Positions 25,701 through 33,497 of a stretch of 35,616 nucleotides of DNA are shown piece by piece. Origin of the DNA: a virus (taxonomy: Duplodnaviria; Caudoviricetes). Position 1 is the first letter of the stretch, and the number at the start of each line of letters is the position of its first letter. The position numbers and the translations under genes were made by a program. The notes beneath the pieces are model-generated. The model made no database searches and was not told where the DNA came from. It saw only the letters and a list, made by a program, of their open reading frames with translations. The DNA lies in the IMG/VR virus record IMGVR_UViG_3300032234_000295, positions 1-35,616 of that record. One strand, 5' to 3'.

Positions 25701-28673
25701 TTACGCCTGTGCCTCTGACCATCCCAGGCGACCAAGCACATCAATTGCGGAACTAGATACGTTTGTAACAACAATAGTCAAAACGTCTGGTCCATCTGGA
25801 TAGATGTTTGTGCTTGTTGTGGATCCGCCTCCTCCAAGGATTGAGTTTCCCAAATCTCTTACGGTATTAAGATCAATAGATCCTGTTCCCTCGACATAAA
25901 AACCACCAGTAGCTTCTCCACCCAAAACAATTGTTGGTGTGGCAGAACCCTGATAGTCAGCTACCTGAGCCAAAGATGAGTTTGTCAAAACTGGAGAGTT
26001 TCTAACTGCGTTTGTCCAGTTAGTAGAACCAGTTGGGACTCCATTAAGAATAGCTGTTACCAACATATTGGAAGTTGCAGTTCTTGTTGTAACACCAAGA
26101 GTTCTAAGAGTTAGCTGCATTCTATTAATAAGCTCTCTTTGTCCAAACAAAGCAGCAATACCATTGTCAACTGATGGAGCTACACGAATAGAGAACAGGG
26201 CTCTAACGTTACCGCCAGTAAATACAACAGATTGGTTTGTAAGGTTTTGCGTTAGTGGCAAAGATATTTCTAGAGTGTTTGCACCTGAGTTGATGGCAAC
26301 AATAGTTGAACCATTTTGAAAACCAGCAGTCTGATCATTTATGACCATTCCAATTCTGTAGTTTGTAGTTGAAGAAACAAATAAAATTCTTGAACCACTA
26401 GTTCCAGTAATTGTTTGGGTTACGGTTGAGGAAGCTGGGATATTAAGGAAATTAGTCTGACCAAATGTAAATAGCAAAGATTTATCATCATCAAACCTTC
26501 CATCCATAATAACAGAAGTTCCCCAGTGAGATATTGCAGAAGAGTATGTTGGATAAGCTAGCTCAACTGATACAGGTGAAGTTGCAACATAGGTAAACTG
26601 TCTTGCAGTTGCTCCTGACATTGGAACAAAGATTACTGATGTTGGGTTAGCAGATAATGCAGCAAAGTTAAGCTTAATAGTATTTCCATTAATTTCTGCT
26701 ACATAAGTATTGTCTGGGAAAGCTGCGCTAATTACTCTCTGTCCAACCTGTATTCCAGATATGGTAGCCACAGTTCCTGTATTGCTTCCTGCTGCAATTG
26801 TAACATTTACGGTTGCCCCGTTTTTTTCACGAGTAACTCCTGTAAATGTGGTAGCAGTCTTTCCAGTGTAGTTTACGTATTCGTACTCAGCTCCTCCTCT
26901 AATTAGGAGAGTTCCACTAGCTGGAAATTCTGAAGTGCTCTTTACGTTAATTACGTTGTCTGCAATTTGAATAGTACTTGTTATGCTGCTTACTGGTGCA
27001 AAGGTGGATGATTCATACCTACCTGGCAAGTTTCCAGAACGCATATAGGCTTCAGAGTTTGTGTTGTTGTTTAGTAGGCTGTGAACATAGAAGATTGTTC
27101 CGTCAATTCCTCTGAGTCCCCAGCGTACAAATCCAGCACCATACCAAGAGTAATCAATGTAGAACATTTGCATCTTGGTTAGGTCAAGCGTAAATCCAGA
27201 TGGACCATTGCCATCCATAGTGTCAAGGTTCCACTCAGACTGAGGGAACTTCTCGTCAATAGTTTTTGCAACCTGAACAAACTGTGCGCTTGCTCCACGA
27301 TATGATGGAGAAATAGTCAAAGACGTGTCGCTACCAATTGTCTCAACACGATAGCTCTGTCCACGAATAACAATAAAATCTCCAGGATCTAGCTGATTGC
27401 TAAAGTTTGTTCCAAATGTTGCGTTGCTCTGAACTACGGTATTTGATCCCTGTACTACAGAAACCTTTCCAGAAATCTGGAATGTAGAGCTTCTCTTTAC
27501 GGCGTAAAGCTGCTGACCATCAAACTCAAAGAAGATACCATTCTGAGAATCAAATAGTCCTAGCTTGTTTGAACATCCAAACCAATTCTCAACAACTACA
27601 TAGTACATTCCAGAAGCTTTTGGTGGTGGTGGTGTAGCAGTCTCATAAGTAAAGGTATCGTATCCTGTAATTGTTACTACAGAGAATGTTCCGTTGTATG
27701 CTGCTTCATTTGCCCCGAAAATTTTGACGGTAGTTCCAGGCTGAATATTGTGCTGATCTTTTGTCTGAACTGTAACTAGATTACCTACAGCAGTCAAAGA
27801 CTCAATTGCAAGGTTTGGCTTTAGTGTTGTACCAGATGAAATCTGCAAACCCTTACCAGACTGATATCTAAAGTAGCGTCTAGTCTGACGAATAGCCTGT
27901 TGGTTGTTAGAAGAAGAGTTGGCACTAAAAATAATTCCACCATCAAATGGTCTGTGCAAGAACTGTGCCTGTGGTCTTACAAAAAGATTACCGCCAGAAA
28001 GAGTTCCAGTTGGAACGTTGTTGGCGTAATACCTAAACATAGTTGAGCTAAGGATTGAAGCTACAAAGAATGATCCGTTAGGTGCGTTAGTTCCAGTAGT
28101 CAAGATTCCAGACATTGCAATTTCATTACCAAGAGCTAGACCGTGTGGAACAGTTGTCTCTACAGTGATTAGTCTGCCAGTGTAGGTGATTGTTGCTTCC
28201 CCACCAATTCTTGCGCTTGAGTATCTTGTGCCTAGATACAAGGCTGTTTTGTTGCTGTCAAAGATTGCTGTAAGTGTTGCACTTGCATTTCTTGCTTTAC
28301 CAGAATAAGTAAATGTTGTTGCAGTTGGAATTGACTCAACAATAAAGTTTCCATTTGCTATAGACAAAAATGTGTCCTGAACTACAACCTCGTCGCCAAC
28401 TCTAACTCCATGTGCGATTGTTGTTGTAACAGTTACAGTCTTTGAGTTAGTTGGCATTGCAACTGCAGAAACGTTAGGGATAGTGTTAGAGGAAGAAAAG
28501 GAGAATGGCCTATTGTTAATCATTTCTAGGTTTTCCCACTTAGAAGTCTGACCACCATACTCAAAGTCAGTATCAATGAGTGCTTGGGCTTCAGAAACCC
28601 TAAGCTTACCTACTGGGTCAAAGTACCCATTGCTTAGAATTGTCTCTGGCTCTGGTCTTAAATATCCTGGCAT
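25701..28673 (-). CDS. Putative fibre/adhesin (990 aa) with HG(L/V)..G.. repeats and a conserved core
   Basis: SD AAGGAAG; Thr/Ser/Gly-rich beta composition; N-part shared with the 1192-aa protein and C-part with the 1941-aa protein. Confidence 0.78.
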   Translation of the reverse strand: MPGYLRPEPETILSNGYFDPVGKLRVSEAQALIDTDFEYGGQTSKWENLEMINNRPFSFSSSNTIPNVSAVAMPTNSKTVTVTTTIAHGVRVGDEVVVQDTFLSIANGNFIVESIPTATTFTYSGKARNASATLTAIFDSNKTALYLGTRYSSARIGGEATITYTGRLITVETTVPHGLALGNEIAMSGILTTGTNAPNGSFFVASILSSTMFRYYANNVPTGTLSGGNLFVRPQAQFLHRPFDGGIIFSANSSSNNQQAIRQTRRYFRYQSGKGLQISSGTTLKPNLAIESLTAVGNLVTVQTKDQHNIQPGTTVKIFGANEAAYNGTFSVVTITGYDTFTYETATPPPPKASGMYYVVVENWFGCSNKLGLFDSQNGIFFEFDGQQLYAVKRSSTFQISGKVSVVQGSNTVVQSNATFGTNFSNQLDPGDFIVIRGQSYRVETIGSDTSLTISPSYRGASAQFVQVAKTIDEKFPQSEWNLDTMDGNGPSGFTLDLTKMQMFYIDYSWYGAGFVRWGLRGIDGTIFYVHSLLNNNTNSEAYMRSGNLPGRYESSTFAPVSSITSTIQIADNVINVKSTSEFPASGTLLIRGGAEYEYVNYTGKTATTFTGVTREKNGATVNVTIAAGSNTGTVATISGIQVGQRVISAAFPDNTYVAEINGNTIKLNFAALSANPTSVIFVPMSGATARQFTYVATSPVSVELAYPTYSSAISHWGTSVIMDGRFDDDKSLLFTFGQTNFLNIPASSTVTQTITGTSGSRILFVSSTTNYRIGMVINDQTAGFQNGSTIVAINSGANTLEISLPLTQNLTNQSVVFTGGNVRALFSIRVAPSVDNGIAALFGQRELINRMQLTLRTLGVTTRTATSNMLVTAILNGVPTGSTNWTNAVRNSPVLTNSSLAQVADYQGSATPTIVLGGEATGGFYVEGTGSIDLNTVRDLGNSILGGGGSTTSTNIYPDGPDVLTIVVTNVSSSAIDVLGRLGWSEAQA

Positions 28674-28695
28674 TTACACTTCCTTTTAAAAACTA

Positions 28696-28706
28696 ATTAT
28701 ATCACA
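28696..28706 (-). promoter_or_regulatory. Extended -10 promoter TGTGATATAAT
   Basis: Plus strand attatatcaca. Confidence 0.75.
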
Positions 28707-28707
28707 G

Positions 28708-29109
28708 TTAGACACCTAGGAACCACATGGTAGAAAGTGACCCAGAACCAGATCCTGATCCACCTGAGCCTCCACCTGTGACTTCTAGCTCTATCTGTCT
28801 TGACTCTGTGTTGTATGCTGCAATGATTCCAATGTGGTCTGGATGCTCTAGCATTTCCGCAACACGGTCTTTTACAAAATCAACATCTAAAATAAAGTTT
28901 AGCTTTGAGATTGGGTCGTCTTGGTAGGTTATAGATATTCCAGTTTCTGTATTGCCACTAACCATTGCTCCAATAACATCTTCAACTAGGCCGTCAAACC
29001 TAGTATCTACTGCGTTTGCTAAAAGAGATATGTCACCAGATACGTCTACTGGATCTTCCGATAATGGGAAAGGTAGCTGATAATTGGGAGTTCTTCCAGA
29101 CGATGCCAT
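28708..29109 (-). CDS. Putative minor tail/fibre anchor protein (133 aa)
   Basis: N-terminus TPNYQLPFP..EDPVDVSGDISLLANAVD resembles actinophage minor tail N-termini; GS linker and a hydrophobic end STMWFLGV. Confidence 0.65.
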   Translation of the reverse strand: MASSGRTPNYQLPFPLSEDPVDVSGDISLLANAVDTRFDGLVEDVIGAMVSGNTETGISITYQDDPISKLNFILDVDFVKDRVAEMLEHPDHIGIIAAYNTESRQIELEVTGGGSGGSGSGSGSLSTMWFLGV

Positions 29110-29118
29110 AGTAGTTTA

Positions 29119-29129
29119 ATTATATCACA
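29119..29129 (-). promoter_or_regulatory. Extended -10 promoter TGTGATATAAT, near-leaderless
   Basis: 9 nt between the hexamer and ATG 29109; no SD. Confidence 0.72.
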
Positions 29130-29135
29130 AAGGGA

Positions 29136-29164
29136 TTGAAATCTATTAAAAATTATGCTATAAT
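29136..29164 (+). promoter_or_regulatory. Sigma-70/SigA-type promoter TTGAAA-N17-TATAAT with TATG extension, for the NlpC/P60 gene
   Basis: -35 at 29136-29141, TATGC at 29154-29158, -10 at 29159-29164; back-to-back with the minus-strand promoter. Confidence 0.8.
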
Positions 29165-29170
29165 TTATAG

Positions 29171-29348
29171 AACACTCTCCCAAGGAGTGTTTTTCCGTTA
29201 AGGACGATAATGATGAAACAGAGTAACAACAAAGTGGGAATCGTGACAATACAAGACAAATATTTTTTAGCTATTTACTAATAAAAATATTGTCGCCAAG
29301 ACCGTGACAGGGTTGTAACAACAAAAAGAATAAAAAGGAGGTAGCAAA
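29171..29348 (+). promoter_or_regulatory. Long (~180 nt) structured 5' leader of the NlpC/P60 gene
   Basis: Hairpin AACACTC/GAGTGTT (29171-29191) followed by TTT; AT-rich hairpin GACAaATATTTTTTAG/CTAatAAAAATATTGTC (29255-29294); SD AAGGAGGT before ATG 29349. Confidence 0.55.
29304..29319 (+). promoter_or_regulatory. Candidate MtrA/GlnR-type direct repeat GTGAC-N6-GTAAC
   Basis: Sequence gtgac agggtt gtaac matches GTnAC-N6-GTnAC; further half-sites GTAACAAC (29223) and GTGACAAT (29243). Confidence 0.42.
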
Positions 29349-30098
29349 ATGAATAAAAAATTTGCTGCAATTGGAACAATAGCACTACTGACTACAAGCT
29401 CTGGAGCTGCATTTGCCCAGATGACTGAAATATCTAGTTCAAATACTGAACAGGTAATAACGCAAGTAACGAAACCAACCCCAATAATCAATTCTCAGGT
29501 AACAAAAGAAGTTATCATTTCAGGACCAGTAAAAGCTGTAAGTCTAGAGGCTGGACCAGTACTTACTTCAGACCCCCCACTTCTTGGCTCTGTTGACTGG
29601 ATGGCTCAGGAAAAGGCTGCCAAAGAAAAGATTAAGACTGATGCCCAAAAAGTTCAGGATGAGCTAGAGGCAGAAATTGCTAGGCTAGAAAAGATTGCTA
29701 GCGATACCAAGAAACTAAATGAAACTCTAATCTTAGTCAAAAAACAAATTGGAAAGACTCCTTGGGTCTTTTCTGGATCTACCACATCTGCCTGGGACTG
29801 CTCAGGAATGGTTCGTTGGACATATGCTCACCTTGGCATTGACCTGGAGCACAGTGCCTCAAAGCAAAGACTTTCAGGAGAGTTCGTAGACAAGCCTAAG
29901 ATTGGTGACCTTGTATCCTTTAACCACAGAAGCTATGGAAGTGCCTACCACATAGGCATCTACGTAGGTCCTGATGAAATGATTCACGCTGGTGGAAAGC
30001 CAGGGGACAGGACTGAAATCCGTTCTATTAAAGGCTGGGCAAAAGACAATGGAAACAGCCAGATTACATATACAAGAATTATTGAGACTAATAACTAA
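29349..30098 (+). CDS. Secreted NlpC/P60 (C40) peptidoglycan endopeptidase
   Basis: Signal peptide MNKKFAAIGTIALLTTSSGAAFA|Q; coiled coil; catalytic motifs WDCSG, GDLV.F, YHIGIYVG, MIHAG (Cys-His-His). Confidence 0.92.
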   Translation: MNKKFAAIGTIALLTTSSGAAFAQMTEISSSNTEQVITQVTKPTPIINSQVTKEVIISGPVKAVSLEAGPVLTSDPPLLGSVDWMAQEKAAKEKIKTDAQKVQDELEAEIARLEKIASDTKKLNETLILVKKQIGKTPWVFSGSTTSAWDCSGMVRWTYAHLGIDLEHSASKQRLSGEFVDKPKIGDLVSFNHRSYGSAYHIGIYVGPDEMIHAGGKPGDRTEIRSIKGWAKDNGNSQITYTRIIETNN

Positions 30099-30101
30099 GT
30101 A

Positions 30102-30130
30102 TTGACTTTAAACGTAAAATAATATAGAAT
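30102..30130 (+). promoter_or_regulatory. Sigma-70/SigA-type promoter TTGACT-N17-TAGAAT
   Basis: -35 at 30102-30107, -10 at 30125-30130, upstream of the 79-aa membrane protein. Confidence 0.78.
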
Positions 30131-30157
30131 AGTAAGTAACAATAACAAAAGGAAAAA

Positions 30158-30397
30158 ATGAAAAACGTATATAAGAGCATTGTCGTAGCTGTTGTCTTTG
30201 GAAACATTATTTCGTTTTCAGCAGTAGCTTTTACATTCCCTTGGAGCACTTATCTTATTGATCCAACACCATATTACATTGTTGAGTCAGGTGCTCTTGG
30301 GTTTTTAATTGCAGCCTGTATCTTTGCTTATGAATGGGTAAGATATGCAGAGAAGCCAAGCTTCTTGAAAATTAGAAGATCTAAACCTAAAAAGTAA
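30158..30397 (+). CDS. Small membrane protein (79 aa, two predicted TM helices, basic C-tail)
   Basis: Hydrophobic stretches SIVVAVVFGNIISFSAVAFTF and GALGFLIAACIFAY; tail KIRRSKPKK; SD AAGGA. Confidence 0.75.
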   Translation: MKNVYKSIVVAVVFGNIISFSAVAFTFPWSTYLIDPTPYYIVESGALGFLIAACIFAYEWVRYAEKPSFLKIRRSKPKK

Positions 30398-30637
30398 TTA
30401 CCATTTGCCAACTGGGCACTCAGCCAGTTTTAGTTTTGTCTTGAGGTGCATTAAGCATCCACACTTCTGACACTGATTAGTTGCTTTGATTAAGAAGGGG
30501 CACTGCTTACAGATATCAAATCTTGCAGCTGCCTCTTCTTTTTCTACATACTCAGTTTTAGGGTTAAGCATATCCCAAGGTCTAGTTTTACCTAAGTTTT
30601 TTTTCCATTGTTGATATGGTGTTAGTTTTTCACTCAT
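30398..30637 (-). CDS. Small Cys-rich protein (DUF6171-like, 79 aa)
   Basis: R..IC..C......QC.KCGC....K.....ECP.GKW; six Cys including two CxxC; overlaps the upstream gene by 8 nt. Confidence 0.78.
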   Translation of the reverse strand: MSEKLTPYQQWKKNLGKTRPWDMLNPKTEYVEKEEAAARFDICKQCPFLIKATNQCQKCGCLMHLKTKLKLAECPVGKW

Positions 30638-30890
30638 CGTCTACCTCGGAATCTGGGGGCGTAAAAGAGTTTCCATCATAAGTCCAACCAAAATCAATCT
30701 CTTCATGATCTTCTTCTGTAATATCTACAACAGTAGGTCCAGACTGCAGCCCATAAATTAGGGCAGCCATATGAGGATTTGCATAGTCCTCATCAATATA
30801 CCATTTATGAAAAACGTCACCATCTGATATAAGGGCAAAAACCCTTCTTGGCTTTTGATTGTCAATTTCGTCAAACTCTACCTCATCCAT
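30630..30890 (-). CDS. Small acidic protein, possible fibre-assembly chaperone (86 aa)
   Basis: FALISDGDV...VVDIT...GWTYDGNSFTPP; leaderless start 6 nt after TATAAT. Confidence 0.7.
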   Translation of the reverse strand: MDEVEFDEIDNQKPRRVFALISDGDVFHKWYIDEDYANPHMAALIYGLQSGPTVVDITEEDHEEIDFGWTYDGNSFTPPDSEVDDE

Positions 30891-30896
30891 ATAAAA

Positions 30897-30907
30897 ATTA
30901 TATCATA
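30897..30907 (-). promoter_or_regulatory. Extended -10 promoter TATGATATAAT (leaderless)
   Basis: Plus strand attatatcata; 6 nt to ATG 30890; TTGCTA lies 18 nt upstream of the hexamer. Confidence 0.75.
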
Positions 30908-30919
30908 AAATAAGGTACT

Positions 30920-31810
30920 TTAGCAAGACTGTGTAGAGGATGTTGACGAACTACTGCAGTCTGAGCTTATGGTTGTGGTGGTACAAGTTCTTCTAAATGG
31001 CCTAGTTCTACTACAAGATCCACAGGAGGTCGTACTTCTTGGAGTACATCTAGTTTCTGTCTCTGTGCGAGTTGTGCAGTCTGCGTTTTGACAGGTTCTG
31101 CTTCTTTCTTGTACTCCTGCAGCAGAAGCAGTCCAACTACTCCAAGGACCACAAAATGCTGCACAACAAACTGTAGACTGTGTTTGTGTATATGTAGTAC
31201 AGTCTGTCCTGGTGCATGTTCTTGTTCTATATTTAAGTCCACCAGTTCCAAACTGAATCTGACAAGACCCATAAGGACCGTAAGGACCACAATCAGCAAC
31301 GCATGTTGGCTCACCTGGTGGCGGTGTTCCACAAGGAATAGAATCATTATAGGTACCACAATTACCATCAGCAATTGTTCTATATATGTAGTTAGCAGTA
31401 CATGCTGTTTGATATAGCACTGTTCCAGCCGCTGGGCATTCACCTCCAGGGGGTGGTGGAGGAGGAGTAATAGCAGTAGTGACATTTCCACTAGATACTG
31501 ATAAATCAGAAAATATTCCAACAGAGTTTTCTAGCCTAATTCTTGTAGAATATGTTGTTCCTTCAGAAAGTCCGTCAATGGTTGCGCTAGTTGCTGGATA
31601 ATTTGTAGTTCTATAGCTAGCATTTAACAAAGACCCAGAGCTATCATAAAGAGAAATTACATATCTTAATGGTGTAATCTTTCCTATAAAAACTGGCTCT
31701 GTCCAAGTTAAAGTAAAAGAACTTGTTGTTATAGATGCAAAAGAAAGGTTTGTTGGTGGGGTTGGTTGAGACCCTCCGCTATTAGCAATGAGGCCTGGTA
31801 AGATTGGCAT
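30920..31810 (-). CDS. Fibronectin type III domain + poly-Pro linker + Cys-rich thrombospondin-type-1-like repeats (296 aa)
   Basis: PTPPTNL.....TTSSFTLTWT.P...Y...TIDGLSEGTTY..RI (FN3); PPPPPP; 20 Cys in the C-terminal half, including CGPWSSW...G.QERSRTC. Confidence 0.8.
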   Translation of the reverse strand: MPILPGLIANSGGSQPTPPTNLSFASITTSSFTLTWTEPVFIGKITPLRYVISLYDSSGSLLNASYRTTNYPATSATIDGLSEGTTYSTRIRLENSVGIFSDLSVSSGNVTTAITPPPPPPGGECPAAGTVLYQTACTANYIYRTIADGNCGTYNDSIPCGTPPPGEPTCVADCGPYGPYGSCQIQFGTGGLKYRTRTCTRTDCTTYTQTQSTVCCAAFCGPWSSWTASAAGVQERSRTCQNADCTTRTETETRCTPRSTTSCGSCSRTRPFRRTCTTTTISSDCSSSSTSSTQSC

Positions 31811-32916
31811 TATGGAATCAGGTCTCCTGCCAATACCCAGCTATTTGCCCCCAAACATATTAGCGTTGCAACTGATCCTGCTCCACGTAGTTTTCTTCCA
31901 GGGGTTGCCAATAGATTCACCCCAGTTCCTGCTATTACAGAAACTCCTGTGGTTAATGCTATTAGTGTTATTTGTGTGCCTGGCTCTGCGGCAAGTAATG
32001 TGTTGTTTACCTCAAAAGCAAATGCACCATTCATTTGAACAATTGTATTAAAGTCAAGAAACTGCAAAGCATATGCTGCAGTTTTTGGAGTGGTGTTTAA
32101 GTTATTAAGAAGGTTTCCGTCAACCCTCAGATTTCCTCTGCCTAATGTGGAAGATCCTCCAGTAGCAACAAGTCTAACATCATAGTCAACGTTATTGCCA
32201 CTTGAGTGGAAGTCAATGTATGGTGTTGAAGCAACGCTATCTCTGCGTCCTAGCTCTATATTTCCGTTTACGTTGTCTGTTACCGTCAAAGTTGTAACGC
32301 TACCAGCCCTAACGTTAAATGGTGCTGCAGAAGTTAGGGCACCAGTAATGTCAGAAATGTTACCTGTTGTAATTACTGTACCGTCAACATTTGGCAGGTT
32401 AATCTGTCTGTTGGCTGTAGGGCTAAGGCTGCTTAGGTATGTAAAAAAGTCATTTCCAGTTGGACCTAAAAACTTTATTCCTGGCTGAGCTACGTTTACT
32501 AGTCCCAAAGTTTTATTAAGAAGGGTAGCCTCATTTGTCAGGGTAACGTCAAGAGTTTTCCACTCCAAACCAGTAAGAGTTCCTGGGTTAATAGAAAGAA
32601 CCTGTCCATCACCACCTGGATCAAGCTTTACTGGAGAGCCTGGAGAGTCTGCAGAAATCAAAACACCCTTTTCTGTCCAAGCTGTTGGCAAAATACCAGT
32701 AGTAAAGTTATTAAGTTGTTCCTGAAGATCATAAAGGTGATAAGCAACAGAATCAATAACTAGATTTGTGGGGTCAGTATTGGTGGGATTATAAAATCCT
32801 TCTCCTACTCCAGTTGGAGCACCATAGTGGTAAATTCTAAGAGCTTCTTGAATATCTGCAACGTCAGTTAAGTCTGGCATTGCTGTTACGTATAAAGAGC
32901 CAATTGGGGTTGTCAT
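31810..32916 (-). CDS. Putative tail fibre protein (368 aa)
   Basis: N-terminal anchor-like MPDLTDVADIQEALRIYHYG; shaft motifs G.DGQVL and TANRQINLPN.DGTV; C-terminal ATLI..GANSWVLAGDL. Confidence 0.72.
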   Translation of the reverse strand: MTTPIGSLYVTAMPDLTDVADIQEALRIYHYGAPTGVGEGFYNPTNTDPTNLVIDSVAYHLYDLQEQLNNFTTGILPTAWTEKGVLISADSPGSPVKLDPGGDGQVLSINPGTLTGLEWKTLDVTLTNEATLLNKTLGLVNVAQPGIKFLGPTGNDFFTYLSSLSPTANRQINLPNVDGTVITTGNISDITGALTSAAPFNVRAGSVTTLTVTDNVNGNIELGRRDSVASTPYIDFHSSGNNVDYDVRLVATGGSSTLGRGNLRVDGNLLNNLNTTPKTAAYALQFLDFNTIVQMNGAFAFEVNNTLLAAEPGTQITLIALTTGVSVIAGTGVNLLATPGRKLRGAGSVATLICLGANSWVLAGDLIP

Positions 32917-32924
32917 TTATTTTC

Positions 32925-33497
32925 CTAGCTTAGGTATGATACCAAGATGTGTATTTTGTTGTTGCCTGTAAGGTTTGACCAAGTAGTTCCACTATACTTA
33001 ACTGCAGCAAATCTAATCTGCAAATACCTAACGCTCAAAATTGTTTCAATAGAATAATTAAATGATGCTGCAATTGGATCTCCTGCTGCATTTTCAAAAC
33101 TGTGACGAATAATAAATTGTTCTGGGGACACAGAAACATCTGAAGTAATATCACGCAAAGGGATATTTACAGTAGCGTCTCCAGCATCAAAGCTTGGATT
33201 AGCAATTGTTGAAAAAAGTGAGGGATTAAGTTTTAGTACTCTTAGCCAAGCAGGTCCACCAACAGTTTCTGTATAGGTATATAGCCAACTGTAGTATTGA
33301 TCTACTGTGTTGGTGTTGATAAATAGATCCCCGATTTTTACGATCTGAGAAGAGGTTAAGCTTGTTTCTGGTGCTCCATTACCTACCCAAATTCTTGAGC
33401 CACGCTCTCCAGCTCTTCCAAAATCAACAGATACGTCAATAGTTGATGGTCCACCAAAAACATCTAGATCTACTGTGTTTAGAAGTACTTCTGCCAT
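32925..33497 (-). CDS. Hypothetical virion-associated protein (190 aa)
   Basis: G.RGSRIWVG.GAP...GDLFINT fibre-like motif; TAATG-coupled. Confidence 0.68.
   Translation of the reverse strand: MAEVLLNTVDLDVFGGPSTIDVSVDFGRAGERGSRIWVGNGAPETSLTSSQIVKIGDLFINTNTVDQYYSWLYTYTETVGGPAWLRVLKLNPSLFSTIANPSFDAGDATVNIPLRDITSDVSVSPEQFIIRHSFENAAGDPIAASFNYSIETILSVRYLQIRFAAVKYSGTTWSNLTGNNKIHILVSYLS

Noticed and set aside
29171-29348. c-di-AMP (ydaO) riboswitch or tRNA in the largest intergenic region
   Set aside because: I cannot find the conserved riboswitch segments, a cloverleaf or a T-loop. Kept only as an unassigned structured leader.
29046-29491. Minus-strand ORFs 29046..29249 and 29267..29491
   Set aside because: They overlap divergent promoters, the leader and real gene starts, and have no convincing initiation signal.
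30967-31521. 184-aa alternative-frame ORF inside the FN3/Cys-rich gene
   Set aside because: Leu/Val/His-rich composition typical of a frame-shifted shadow; no SD or promoter.
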